64,000 bases of DNA from assembly GCA_028826165.1 (NCBI GenBank), contig JAPDFW010000011.1, forward strand, positions 310,001 to 374,000, given 5' to 3'. The notes under the pieces are model-generated. The model was not told the origin of the DNA. It did not search any database and saw nothing but the letters and a program-made list of their open reading frames with translations. The position numbers and the translations under genes are program-made. The DNA is from Anaeramoeba ignava BMAN. Its lineage: Eukaryota > Protista > Anaeramoebae. This document shows, one piece after another, positions 25,390-40,058 of this stretch (its first letter is position 1; the number at the start of each line of letters is the position of its first letter).

Positions 25390-26195
25390 ATGGAGAATGA
25401 AGATGAAATAATTGATCAATTTTTTTGTTATGAAGATTATTTAGATTCTCAAATTACTCCAACAATTTCAAAATTTCTTTCTGATAAAGTTTGAAATTTT
25501 AAAAAAAAAAAAAAAAAATATTCCAATTTATTATTTTATTTATTCTTAATTTTTTAATTTTTTATTTAAAGAAAATGATTAGAAATTTAATTTCAAATGG
25601 AATTTTTGGAGATGTTTTAAGTCAAAAAGAATTTGAAATAAGAAAAAAAAACAAGAAAAACAAATTAAAAACAAAAAAAGAAACACAAAAAAAACAAGAT
25701 CAAATAGAAACAAATTTAGATAAAAATCCACTTTTATCTTATTTATTTGAAAAAGAAAAATTTGTGAGAAAAAAAGAAATTTCAATTTTACTTTTTATTC
25801 AATATAAAAATCCAAAAACAAATGAAGAAATTTCAGGAATAATTGATTTTTTTCAAAGATTAAATACAGAAAATTTTGAAGATTATTATTTAGGAAAAAA
25901 AATCCTTATTCCAAATCAAAATGATATAAGTTACTTTGAATTTGAAACTAAAAAATTAAATATTGGAATTCCTTCAAAATATTCTTCTTTTAAAACAATT
26001 ATTAATATTGAAGATCAAAATGAAAATTTTCTACTTTTCCAAAATATTTTTGATCAGAAAATTATTGATCTTGGTTTTAATTTGAATTTTGAAAAAGAAA
26101 ATGATCCAAAAAAAGATCAAACAGAAAAAATAATTAGAAATAGTTTAGATGATTCAATTTATTCAATTATTTTTGAACATAAAATTAGAAAGTAA
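25390..26195 (+). CDS. CFAP299: Cilia- and flagella-associated protein 299 (DUF4464/C4orf22-like)
   Basis: Exons 25390-25488 and 25572-26195. Motifs YEDYLDSQI, VLSQKEFE.RK, ILLFIQYKN..NEEISGIIDFFQRLNTENFEDYYLGKKILIP..NDISYF. Confidence 0.85.
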
Positions 26196-26290
26196 TTAAA
26201 AACAAACAAAAAAATAATTTCATTTTTTTCATTTTTCATTTTTCATTTTTCTTTTTTCTTTTTTCTTTCATTTTTTTTTCCCTATTTTTA

Positions 26291-29200
26291 ATGCAAAATT
26301 ATTCAGTTTGGAAATTAAGAAGAAAAACTACACATTTAGTTGTTCAAAGCGAAGATAAATGTGTAAAAAAGAATTAAACAAAAAAGGAAAAAAATTTTTT
26401 TATCAAAACTGGAAACTGATTAAAAAATTTTTCATTTGCATTCTTATAGTATATCATCTCATCACTATCAACAAGAAAAGATACGCAAATCATTTCTATT
26501 GATTCAGTTGTTGGAGGTCTTCATTATTCAGCTCATCAAAATATTGATCTTTTTAAAAATGAAGAAGATGCTTTAAAATTTTTAGTTGAAAAAAAAGGTG
26601 TGCAAATTAAAACTTCCATAAGAGCTAGTGCTTTAATTGGTTATAAAATTATTGGAAAGCATGCTTATGTGATTCTTGGTACTCATGTATCTAATAAGAA
26701 TAAATGTTTATGATTTAGATTCCTTAAAAAAATTTTTTTTTTTTTTAAAATTTAAACAAATTTTTAGGTAAAACCAACTGCAGAATTATTTGAAGGTCAT
26801 TTAATTTATACAATTTTAACAAGTTATTGGGTTGAAATTAAATTATCTTATCCAATTAAAAAGGACAAGTAATAATTTAGATTAATCAAAACAAAAAGAA
26901 AAACAAAAAGAAAAAGAAAATAATTTAATTTAATTTGATTTGATTTGATTTCGATTATTTAGAAATACAATTAGGGTTGCAAAAAGTTTTTGTGAATTTC
27001 CACTTGATGGACTTCATTATTATTGTGAAACTATGGATATTTCTCGACCTTTTCCTTCTAAATTTTCAACAAATAAGTATTTATATATTTATATATTTAT
27101 ATATTTATTGGAAAGAAAAAAAAATCTTTTAACAAAAATAAATAAAAAGTTATCATCCAAATTATTGTTATAACAAGGAATTATCAAAAGCCTTTTGAAG
27201 AAATCGGACTAATTGGTTGGTGTGTTGTTTTATTTCAAGGTGTTGCTTATGGAAGAAGAATTAATCCAGATTCTTTACCACCCCAACAAAGTCCAAGAGC
27301 AACAAGAAAAATGTTAAACAAAAGAAAAACTACCAAAAAAGATTTAAATAAAATGGAACAATTAAATAAACAAAATTTGGGACAGCCTCAAAAGAAGAAA
27401 AAAGACCAAAAGTCTAAAAAAGTTATCCACATGTTTTTCGAGGATGAAATTGCTCAACAAGAACTTGATAATGTTGGGAATGTTAATGACGAACTATCTA
27501 ATCTTCATTTTTTGGATTCGAAAAGTGGAGACTCGGAAAAAAGTGAAATGGAACAAGAAAATCCGAATGCAGATACAGCAAATGGAAAGATATTTAATAT
27601 TGTTTTGATTACCAAAAAAACAAATCTCAATCCTGGAACAAGGTATTATGCGCGTGGATTAAATGAAACAGGAGGTAAATCAACTTGAATTAATTTAAAT
27701 TTTAATTTAAAAATTAATTAATTAATTAATTTATTTGAAGAACCTGGAAATGAAATGGAATGTGAACTGATTTGTTTTTTTCGAGATAAAAACAAAATAC
27801 AATGGTTTTCGTTAATTTGGCTTCGAGGTACAGTTCCAGTATGGTGGGAAACTTCATTAAAATCATCTCTTGGAGATCCTGAATTCAACATAAAACCTGA
27901 TCCATATAAAGACTCTGAAAAATATTATTCAAGAATAATCAACAGATTTTCAACACATAACATCACTTGCGTCAATTTACTCAGACAAGGACATACAAGT
28001 TCGGAATCTGAGTTGAGCTATCATTACGAGGAGTCGCATAAATATGTTAGAAAAATTCTGGATGTAAATCTTCAGCTTATTAATTTCGATTGGCATGCAC
28101 ATGCAAAGAATTTAAATGAATGTGCCAAGGAATTATGGTCACTTTTAAAACAACCAATGACAGATTATGATTTGAACTCTGGAGTAATTATGGTTATTGA
28201 TCCTCCAAATGGATTTTCAATAACAAACCAACGAAATCCAAAATTATTTGATTTTGGAGCAAATAATCCTTTTGGGCCTTCAGCTTGTCCAAATGGGAAG
28301 TGGGCAATGTTTCAAAGTATAAATCGCCAAAAGGGAGTTTTACGTTTTAATTGCGCCGATTCTTTAGACAGAACAAATATAGCTTCTTTTTTTTGTTGTC
28401 ATCAAATCATTGCTGAAATTTTAAGAAAATTTGATTGTGGATTAATTCAACAACGAAATGTTACAGAAAAATGGGGATTTTTTCATTATTCACTTGATGA
28501 ACTGCGCAAATTCATTTCGGATTCAGTTTTAGATCCATTTGGAAGAATGTTTGTGTTGAATGGAGATGTGTGTTCATTTTTGTATACAAATTCGCAAGCA
28601 ATGCTAACAAAGATGATCCGTGAATATTCTCCATCTCTTTCTTCTGCTCCAAATAACATTCTAATCACAATCAAAAGAAGATATCAGAATGTGATTCATG
28701 ATCATCTTCGCCAAATGCAATATGAATTGTTTCTTGGTCTCAATGAAGAAAAATATTATTCGAAAAGTTCAAACCCAAGTTTTTTACTTGTTAGTGAATA
28801 CCCTTCTTGGTGTTTAAAACCTGTTCCTTATGATTATGTAATGCCTCTAAAAATAGATGAAAAAAATAGACCTGAACGTATTTTTAATGAAACAGATATT
28901 TGTTGGGTTTGCTCTTCAAAGCATCCAGTTGTTCAAGTATAAATTATAATTTCAAAAGAAAGAAAAACAAAATTACAAATTAATTTGAATTTAAACAAAA
29001 ACAAAAACAAAATTCTTAATCTTAATCTTATTCTTAGATTTATTTATATTTAAATCAACCTTGCCAAATTACAGAAATATCAATTAATATGAATTCTGGA
29101 AACCAACTTACTCAAACCCCTTTGTTAATGGATCTTTTTGCTGGCGATTATATTGATAATATGAAAATATTGTTTCATCGAATTCAATTACCTACTTGCA

Positions 29201-32200
29201 AAAATGGAATAACACTTTATTATCCAATTTCCTCACATTACACTGATTCTTCTTTTCATTCAAAATCTCAACCAACAGCAAAAGAATATTATGATTTTGA
29301 ACGCAATGTAGACGATAAAGGATCCTTTTCGCGTTTTGTGCTCATTTCGTTTTATTATTTTTTTAACCAAGATTATCAAAAAAAATCAATTTCATTTGGG
29401 AAAGTTAATATTTTTGGAATAAATGCACAGAAGATTATTGAAGAACCAAAAAAAGAAGTTGCCCTTTCAAATTTGCCAAAGCAATTATCTTCTTTTTCCA
29501 AGATGGATGTTTCTCAATGGTGTGATTCTTTTGTTTTAGAAACTCCTCAGAACAAGAATAACAATACACGAATTAAAATTAATCTAGAAAATTTAAAAGA
29601 CAAAATTTCTCGAGAAATTATTTCTGGAGATACTAACACAACCCCAAAAGAAAACTCAAAAGAAAAATCAAAAGAAATCCCAACCCAAATTGATTTTATT
29701 CAAACCACTCATTCACTTCAATTCCATGAAAGAGTGCTTTCATCTCCTCCCTTTTATATTTTGAAGAATTATCTTGATCATTTATCTGTAGACAAAAAAA
29801 TACTTCCATCAGCACTTGTTACATCAGTTCCTCTTTCAAATTCAATAAATACCGAATCTGTAAATTATTATTATTTATTCAAAAACACAAAAAACTAATA
29901 TTTTCATTTTCATTTTCATTTTCATTTTCATTTTCAAATTTATTTCAGAAAAATGATTCTTTAAATGAAAATCAAAAAGAACATGATTCCCAAGAAAATG
30001 ATCTCCTTCAATCATCAAAACAATATGAAGAAAAATTAAAAAAATTAATAATCGAAATGAGAAATGGAAAAAAACAACCAACTTTAAGTGATGCCTTAAA
30101 TCTTGAGGTTGAGAGACTAAAACTAAATTTAACAGCTGCAGAAAGAAATTTTATTTTCCAAAAACTTAATATGCCTTCTTATGAATTGAGTCCTGAAAGA
30201 TATATTTTTAAAAGAGAAGAAAATATTATTCGAGAAATTATGAAAGATAAAAAATTTAAAACCAAAACTTGTTCAAATCCAAACTGTAAAGCTTCTCTTA
30301 GGTTTAATTCTCAACAATGTTTTTATTGTTTGCATAGATTTTGTTCTAATTGTATGAATACTCAAAAAATGAAAGTAAGCAAAAAATACAAAATTTCAAA
30401 TTCCAAAATCAAATTTAAAATCAAATTTCATTTTTAGATTCTTGAATATATTTGGAAAAAGCCACGTCCAGTTTGTAAATCATGTGCCAAAATTATTTTA
30501 GATCAACAGAAGAAAATGAATTTAATTGCTGATTTATTTGCAAATCAAAATAAAAATGAAAACAGCAAATTGAATAAATTGAGACAAAAACAAAAACAAA
30601 AAGCAGTTATTCAAATTATTAATCAACAAAAAATAATTCCACAAATTAAGTGGATCAAAAGTATTAAAGATAAAACTAAAAACAATGAAATTAATGAAAA
30701 CAATGAAATTAATAAAAACAATGAAATTAATGAAATTAATAAAAACAATGAAAATAATGAAAACAATGAAAATAATGAAAACAATGAAAACAATGAAATT
30801 AATGAAATTAATAAAAACAATGAAAATAATGAAAACAATGAAAATAATGAAAACAATGAAAACAATGAAATTAATGAAATTAATAAAAACAATGAAAATA
30901 ATGAAAACAATGAAAATAATGAAAACAATGAAAACAATGAAATCAATGAAATTAATAAAAACAATGAAATTAATAAAAACAATGAAAATAATGAAAACAA
31001 TGAAAACAATGAAAATAATGAAAACAATAAAAACAATAAAAACAATAAAAACAATGGAAATAATGAAATTAAAAATGAAATTAAAAATCAAAATAAAAAT
31101 CAAAATGAAAATGAAAATCAAAATGAAAATCAAAATGAAAATAAAAATATAAATCAAAATGAAATTAAAAATCAAAATGAAAATCAAAATCAAAAAAATA
31201 TGCAAGTTTTAACAATTACCCAAATTCCTTTTATTGGAGTACTTAAAAAAGTTCCAACAGATTTAAACTCAATTCCTATAGAATCAATATTTGCTCCAAA
31301 AGAAGAAAATAAGGCTGAATATTGGTTTGCTCCATTAGGAGTTAAAAAAGTTGAAATTATGATTTCTTTATCTTTTCCTGCTTTTATTCAAAGTTTTACA
31401 TTTATTGCAGATTCAAAAGGTTATACAATTAATGATGCTCCAATTATATCTTTATTTGGTGGAATAAGTTATTCAAAATACAGTAATTTTCTTGGAAAAT
31501 GGAATTTAAAAGATTATTTATCTGGAAAAGAAAATGATAAAATGAAAAGAAAAATCAAACCATTTACAAAAATCAAACTTTTTTTGAAAAAAGAAACAAA
31601 ATGTAAAATTATTTCTTTTAATATTGAATTACCAGAAAATAATCAAGAAAATAATCAAGAAAATAATCAAGAAAATAACCAAGAAAATAATCAAGAAAAT
31701 AATCAAGAAAATAATAGAGAAATATTACATTTAGGTCAAATTTTTGTTAAAGGAATTCCATATTTTATTCATCCAAAGAAAGAATCAAAAGAAAAAGAAT
31801 TCCAAAAAGAAATAGAAAAAGTAAAAGAAAAAGTAAAAGAAAAAAAAATAGAAAAAAAAATAACAAGAAAATCTACAGAAATGACTATGAATTTAAAAAA
31901 TGAAAACAAAAGCAAACATCAAACTATAATTCCTAAAAAAAATAACATCAAAATAACTTGGACTGATTTTAATTCAAATCGAAGAATAATAAGAATTGGA
32001 TTTGAAAATGAAATTATTTCAGGTTTTTGTTTTACTATTGCTCATTCTTCTGAAGGTTTTGTTTCTCAGCCTAAAAATATATTAATTACAATGATAGTTG
32101 TTAATGAAATTGGTGAAATTCAAGGTCAAATTATGGTTGGAAAATATTTTATTCCAAAATGTCCAGATGGAACACTTTTGAATTATGATCTTGAAGAAAA

Positions 32201-32285
32201 ATTAAGAGCTCAAGTTATTGAAATTTCTTTTTTATCAAATTATGGAGGAGATACTTTATCATGTGGTCATTTTTCATTTTATTAA
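26291..32285 (+). CDS. SAC9: SAC9-like phosphoinositide phosphatase with FYVE-like Cys cluster
   Basis: Multi-exon. Motifs YIISSLSTRKDTQII.ID, NPGTRYYARGLNE..GNEMECE, RGTVPVWW, catalytic RFNCADSLDRTN, LEVERLKLNLTAAER, YWFAP...GY..DAP. One apparent +1 indel near 27190. Confidence 0.9.
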
Positions 32286-32462
32286 AAAAGAATTAAATAA
32301 GAATTAAAAAAGAATTAAATAAGAATTAAATAAGAATTAAAAAGAATTAAATAAGAATAAATAAGAAATAAATAAGAATTAAATAAGAATTAAAAAGAAT
32401 TAAAAAAGAATTAAATAAGAATTAAATAAGAATTAAATAAGAATTAAATAAGAATTAAATAA
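32286..32462. repeat. 11-bp tandem repeat (AAGAATTAAAT) directly after the SAC9 stop
   Basis: Direct inspection. Confidence 0.85.
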
Positions 32463-32600
32463 GGAATGTGAATTTTGTTTTGTATAAAAAGTTAACAATT
32501 AAAATTTAAAATTTAAAAAAAATAGAATTTTAATTTGTTTTACTTTTACTTATTAATGGAAAATTGAAAAGAAAAAAGAAAAAAGAAACAAAAGAAATCT

Positions 32601-34394
32601 TATTTAAATTGATTTTTAAATTGATATTTAAATTAATATTTAAATTGATATTTAAATTGATATTTAAAATTGATATTTAATTTGATATTTAAATTGATAT
32701 TTAAATTAATTTTTAAATTGATTTTTAAATTGATTTTTAAATTAATATTTAAATTGATTTTTAAATTGATATTTAAATTGATATTTAAATTGATATTTAA
32801 ATTAATATTTAAATTAATATTTAAATTGATATTTAAATTAATATTTAAATTAATATTTAAATTGATATTTTAAATTAATATTTAAATTGATATTTAAATT
32901 GATATTTAAATTGATATTTAAATTAATATTTAAATTGATATTTAAATTGATATTTAAATTGATATTTAAATTGATATTTAAATTGATATTTAAATTGATA
33001 TTTAAATTGATATTTAAATTGATATTTAAATTGATATTTAAATTGATATTTAAATTTGATATTTAAATTGATATTTAAATTAATATTTAAATTGATATTT
33101 AAATTGATATTTAAATTAATATTTAAAATTGATATTTAAATTGATATTTAAATTGATATTTAAAATTGATATTTAAATTGATATTTAAATTGATATTTAA
33201 ATTGATTTTTAAATTGATATTTAAATTGATATTTAAATTGATATTTAAATTGATTTTTAAATTGATATTTAAATTGATATTTAAATTGATATTTAAATTG
33301 ATATTTAAATTGATATTTTTAAATTAATATTTAAATTGATATTTTAATTGATATTTAAATTGATATTTAAATTCTTTATTTTGATATTTTTTGATATTTA
33401 AATTGATATTTAAATTAATATTTAAATTGATATTTAAATTGATATTTAAATTAATATTTAAAATTGATATTTTAAATTAATATTTTTTAAATTGATATTT
33501 AAATTGATATTTAAATTAATATTTAAATTAATATTTTAAATTGATATTTAAATTGATTTTTAAATTGATATTTAAATTGTTGATATTTAAATTGATATTT
33601 AAATTGATTTTAAAATTTTTAAATTGATATTTAAATTGATTTTTAAATTGATATTTTAAATTGATATTTAAATTGATTTTTAAATTAATATTTAAATTGA
33701 TATTTAAATTGATTTTAAATTGATATTTAAATTGATTTTTAAATTGATATTTAAATTGATTTTAAATTGATTTTTAAATTGATTTTTAAATTGATTTTTA
33801 AAATGATTTTTAAATTGATATTTAAAATTGATTTTTAAATTAATATTTAAATTGATATTTAAATTGATATATTTAAATTAATATTTAAATTGATATTTAA
33901 ATTAATATTTAAATTGATATTTAAATTAATATTTAAATTGATATTTAAATTGATATTTAAATTGATATTAATATTTAAAATTGATATTTTAAATTAATAT
34001 TTTAAATTAATATTTAAATTGATATTTAAATTGATATTTAAATTAATATTTAAATTAATATTTTAAATTGATATTTTTAAATTAATATTTTTAAATTTTA
34101 AATATTTTTAAATTGATATTTAAATTGATATTTAAATTAATATTTAAATTAATATTTAAATTAATATTTAAATTAATATTTAAATTGATTTTTAAATTGA
34201 TATTTTAATTGATATTTAAATTGATATTTAAATTGATTTTTAAATTGATTTTTAAATTAATATTTTTAAATTGATATTTAAATTGATTTTTAAATTGATA
34301 TTTAAATTGATATTTAAATTGATTTTTAAATTAATATTTAAATTGATTTTTAAATTGATTTTTAAATTAATTTTTAAATTGATTTTTAAATTAA
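32601..34394. repeat. 12-bp tandem repeat (AAATTGATATTT), ~1.8 kb
   Basis: Direct inspection; lies between the convergent SAC9 and Kelch-BTB genes. Confidence 0.95.
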
Positions 34395-37375
34395 TTAAAC
34401 TTTCAATCGATACATTTTGGCAAGCATTGGAAACCAATCAGTTTTAATCAATTTTTGATACATTTTTGAACGTTTAATCTTTTCTTTAAATTTTGAATAA
34501 AAAACAAAATTAACAATAAACTGTTCCAAATCCTCAAACAAACGTTCACCAAAAATATATTCCAACAAAGGAAACCAATTATCAGAATTCAAATTTCTTT
34601 TCAAAATACTCAAACAATCAAAAGTAAGATCATTAGTAGTGAGTTCATAAAAATCAGGAGCATTCAAAAGCTCCATAGCAACAGTTAAATCGCCTTTTTT
34701 AGCGAAATTTTGAATATGTGAAATTTTATCAGTATAAAAATAATCAACAAGAGCTTGAATTGATTTTGGACGCTTTCCTGTAAAATCAGGAACAGTGTTT
34801 GATTCATCTTGAACAGAAACAAGCATATTACGATATAAACCACTTCGCAATGCTAATACAAATTTATGCGCCCGAATATTCACATCATTTTCATCTTCAT
34901 CCTTCACTATAATAACAAAATCCTTTGACTCATTATCTTTTTGAAATTCCAAAAAATCCTTTTCAATTTCATTTTTTTCAAAAATATGTTTTCCTCTTGA
35001 TAACTGCATGAATAATTGTTGCGTGCTTTTCGCCGCATCTATTTTATCCATTTGTTTTGTTTGTTCATTTGTTGAAAATGAATCCATGTCGAATTCATAA
35101 GGACATCCATAAATATAATGCAGGCAATTAGTGACAACAATTGAGTTTTCATGAAGACATAAATTTGAGAATTTGGTGATTTCTTGTTCAGATCCCAATC
35201 TCAATTGAACCAATGCCTTATGGGCTTTATGGGGTATGCCAGCTGCATCCATAAACTCGATATCAAAGAGTTCTCCACTCTTCAGAATCTGTGATAAATC
35301 CTCTTTTAAATTCGATCCAAAATGTAATTCATATAAATCCTTTATATATTGTCTAGTTGATAATTCTCCTCCAAATAATACAAGTCTATTATTATGCACT
35401 GATAGACTGCTGTTGTATATTAAAGGCACTTCAAATTTTGGATCGATTTCAATCTTATTCCAATTATCAGTGCCAAATGTATGTGAATATAATTGTCCCG
35501 ATGATAAACAGAATAGTTTGTTATTGATCAATTCAACAACTAGTTTTTTTTCATCATTCAAAATTGATTAAAATCAATGTAATTTTCTTGTTTCTTTCTA
35601 ATATTTACCATAATTAGAGTCAAATTTTATTCCTTGTTTCTTAAATTGAATTGGCTCAAATTTACATGTATTGAAATCGAATTTTGTCATTTCTAAATCT
35701 TTCTCTACATAATGGATAATATATGCAAATCCTCGATAACTAAATGCGTAATCTCTTATATCATTTGAATAGTAACCATATTCTGCTGATTTTAATTTAG
35801 TCCAACTTAAAGTTACTTTTGAAATTATAATTTAATTAATTTATAAATTATTTATTTAGAAAATTATGATTTAATTTATAATTTAATTTATTATTTTATT
35901 TATAATTTTAATTTATAATTTTATTTATAATTTTAATTTATAATTTTATTTATAATTTAATTTATAATTTAATTTATAATTTAATTTATAATTTAATTTA
36001 TAATTTAATTTATAATTTAATTTATAATTTAATTTATATTTTTATTTATAATTTAATTTATAATTTAATTTATAATTTAATTTATAATTTAATATATATT
36101 TTATTTATAATTTTTTATTTATAATTTTATTAATAATTTTATTTATAATTTAATTTATAATTTTATTTATAATTTTATTTATAATTTTATTTATAATTTA
36201 ATTTATAATTTAATTTATAATTTAATTTATAATTTAATTTATTTATAATTTTATTTATAATTTTTATTTATAATTTTTATTTATAATTTAATTTATAATT
36301 TGATTTATAATTTTATTTATTATTTATTTATAATTTTATTTATAATTTTATTTTATAATTTAATTTATAATTTTATTTATAATTTTAATTTATAATTTTA
36401 TTAATAATTTTATTTATAATTTAATTTATAATTTAATTTATAATTTAATTTATAATTTTTATTTTATAATTTAATTTATAATTTAATTTATAATTTAATT
36501 TATAATTTTATTTTAATTTATTTATAATTTAATTTTATTTATAATTTTAATTTTATTTATAATTTTATTTATTTAATTTATTTATAATTTTATTTATAAT
36601 TTTATTTATAATTTAATTTATAATTTTATTTATAATTTTATTTATAATTTAATTTATAATTTTATTTAATTTATAATTTAATTTATAATTTTTATTTATA
36701 ATTTAATTTATAATTTAATTTATAATTTTATTTATAATTTAATTTATAATTTTAATTTATAAATTTTATTTATAATTTTATTTATAATTTTAATTTATAA
36801 TTTAATTTATAATTTTATTTATAATTTAATTTATAATTTAATTTATAATTTAATTTATATTTTTATTTATATTTTTATTTATAATTTAATTTATAATTTA
36901 ATTTATAATTTAAATGAATACAAAAATCGAATTCCCAAGCTTGTTTCCAACCAAAAAGATACATTTTATCCTGATGAACAACGCAAGCATGATGAGAATT
37001 ATTATGAATAAGATTAGAAACTTTTGAAGGGAAATCACCTTTCATAGGAATTTCCTCCCAACAAGAATCATTAAAAGAGAACGCGAACATAGAATTACCA
37101 TAATTTCCACCGTAAGTATACATGCGTGATTTATAGATTACAGTTGAGTGAAAAGCTCTACAAGTGGGTTTAAGTTTTCCGTTTATGGAAACTCTGGACC
37201 ATTGGCCAAGCTCAAAATCAAAAGAATGAAGGTCATTCAACATGTCTCCATCATCCGTTCGTCCTGCAAATATTATTAGCTTGTTGTTGTGTATAATCGC
37301 TGTGTGTGCTGAACGCGGATATGGTGACATTTTGGATTCAGTTCCAATTTTGATCCATCGTGCTTTTTGAAGCAT
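34395..37375 (-). CDS. Kelch-repeat + BTB/POZ protein (LZTR1-like)
   Basis: Kelch: PYPRSAHTAIIHNNKLIIFAG..LNDLHSFD, PTCRAFHSTVIYKSRMYTYGG. BTB-like: HKAHKALVQLR and DFVIIV..IRAHKFVLALRSGLYRNM..LVDYFYTD. Introns 35816-36921 and ~35540-35608. Confidence 0.87.
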
Positions 37376-37504
37376 TTTTTTTTTGAATAATGAAAAAGAA
37401 AAATTAATTAAAAAAAGAAAAAAAATGATTTTTGAAAATTATAAAAAAAATCGTTTTGTTTGTTGTTAAAGCCAAATGTTTTTGTTTTTAAAAAAATATT
37501 TTTT

Positions 37505-37545
37505 CAAATTCATTTTTCATTTTTCATTTTTCATTTTTCATTATT
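37505..37545 (+). promoter_or_regulatory. Tandem TCATTTT initiator-like motif upstream of RapGAP (example of a window-wide motif)
   Basis: (TTCATTTT)x5 ending ~15 nt before the ATG; the same sense-strand motif precedes most genes here. Confidence 0.5.
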
Positions 37546-37558
37546 TTTTTAAATCTTT

Positions 37559-37697
37559 ATGTATTCAGATAAAGAAAAAGAAGAAAACAATTTTGTTTAT
37601 CACAGATTTTCAGATTCAAATTCTGATGAAAAACATACTAAATTAATTTTAACAACGAATGATAAAGAAATTTCTTTAGATGAAAAAACTGAAAAGA

Positions 37698-37728
<31 letters not shown>

Positions 37729-39738
37729 ATCAAAAAAATTTATTAAATTTGGTGATGAAAAAGATCCTCAAAAACCAAATAATTTATTTTTAGTTACTTC
37801 TGATGAATGGAAACTTGAGGAATCTGATGATGAAGATGATGAAATTCATAATAATGAGGATATATTTAATTTTGAAGAAAAACCAACAATTTTTTCTACA
37901 AATTTTCAAGGAAAAGGTTAATATTAATATTAATTTTAATATTAATTTAAATTTTAATTTTAATTTTAATTTTGATATTAATAATAATTTTAATTTTAAT
38001 TTTAATTTTAATATTAATTTTAATTTTAATTTTAATTTTAATATTAATTTTAATTTTTAATTTTAAATTTAATATTAATTTTAATTTTAATTTTAATATT
38101 AATTTTAATATTAATTTTAATTTTAATTTTAATATTAATTTTAATTTTAATTTTAATTTTAATTTTGATTTTAATTTTAATTTCAATTCCGAATTCTTGT
38201 TCAAATTTTTAATTTAAATTCCGAATTCTTGTTTAAATTTTTAGAGTATAGTACATTTGTAACTTATCATCCGAATAAAAAATATATGTTATTCTGTATT
38301 ACGGAATCACCAATAGAAGACAGTGAATTATATAAATTATTAATAATTTCAAAAGAAGAACCAAAATATCAAACAATTCATGAGTCACAAGTATCGAAAT
38401 CATGTTGGAGAAGTTGTTGTTGTATGAGTCCTGGTTATAAAGATATAATTAAGCATACTGATAGTTTATTAAAAAATGCAAATATTTTAAAAACTGATTG
38501 CAGTGAAGAAGATTTAATTGCTTTAGAAAACCCAACAGTAATTATTTTAATTTAAATTTTAATTAATTTTAATTTTCATTTTCATTTTCAAAAGACAGCA
38601 ACAAAATTTAAATTTGGAGTTATTTATGTCAAACCAGGACAAACAGATGAATATAAAATTTTAGCAAATTGTATCTACAATTTATTTAATTATTTAAAAT
38701 TTTTTTATTAATTTAAAATTTATTATAAAAAAAGCACAAACATCTGAAGAATTTGAAATTTTTTTACAAGAAATTGGAGAAAAAATTGAATTGAAAACGT
38801 TTACAGGTTATGTTGGAGGATTAGATCAAAAATGTATATATATTTATATATATTTAAAGCAACAAATTTAAATCAAAACAAAATCTCATAAGGAATTATT
38901 TTAATTAATATTTTTAGTTGGAAGTGCTGGAACTCATAGTATTTATACAAAATGGCATGATTTGGATATTATGTTTCATGTTTCAACTTTATTTCCTGTT
39001 TCAGAAGACAATTATCAACAAGTATTAATTAAATAATAAGATGATTATTATTATTATTTTTGAAATTTCAATTTATAAACAAATATTTTTATTTCATTTT
39101 GTATTAAAGCTTGATAAAAAAAGGCATATTGGAAATGATGTTGTAGTTATTGTTTTTATGGAGCCAAATGCTCAATATAATCCAGAAACAATGCCTTCTC
39201 AACAAAATCGTAAACAGATTTAGAAAAACCAATTCAATTTTAATTTTAATTTTAATTTTAATTTTAATTTTAATTTTAATTCAATTTTAAATTTAATTTT
39301 AATTCAATTTTAAATTTAATTTTAATTCAATTTTAAATTTAATTTTAAATTTTAATTCCAATTTAATTTTAAATTTCAATTTAATTTCAATTTTTAATTT
39401 CAATTCTAAAAAGATGTTTTAATTGGAATTCAACCTGTTAGACTTTCAAACAAAAAAGATCTTTATTTTAGGTAAAAAATTTCAATTTAAAAAAATTTTT
39501 CAATTTAATTAAAATTCTTTTCATTTTTAGAATTCAAATTGCATCAAAATCATGTGTTCCTGAATTTTTTCCAAAACTTCCTTCACAAACATTAATTTCT
39601 CAAAAGAATTTAAAAGATTTTCTTTTAACAAAAGCAATTAGAGGAGATCAAGCTGCACTTAAATCAGGAGTTTTTGCTCAAAGATTTGATAAATTTAAAA
39701 AATTTAAATTAAAAAGTCTTTTATTAAACAAAAATTAA
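37559..39738 (+). CDS. Rap GTPase-activating protein (Rap/Ran-GAP domain)
   Basis: Spliced motifs FKFGVIYVKPGQT, FTGYVGGLD, IMFHVSTLFP, KKRHIGNDVVVIVF (Asn thumb intact), FLLTKAI. Confidence 0.92.
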
Positions 39739-40058
39739 AAATTAAATTAAATTAAAATTAAAAATCAAAAATTAAATTAAAGTAAATTAAAGTAAATTAA
39801 ATCAAATCAAAAAGTAAATTAAATTAAATCAAAAATTAAAAAGTAAATTAAATTAAATCAAATTAAATAAAATTAAAAAGTAAATCAAATTAAATCAAAA
39901 ATTAAAAAGGAAAAGATGAAATTTTTTTTTTGGAAAATTTTTGATTTACTTTTTTCGTTTAAAATAATTAAACGAATTTAACTTTTTTTTTAAAAAAAAA
40001 AGAAAGAAAAAGAAAAAAATTTTTTCCGATTTTAATTTTTTAAATTGAAAATTTTGAA

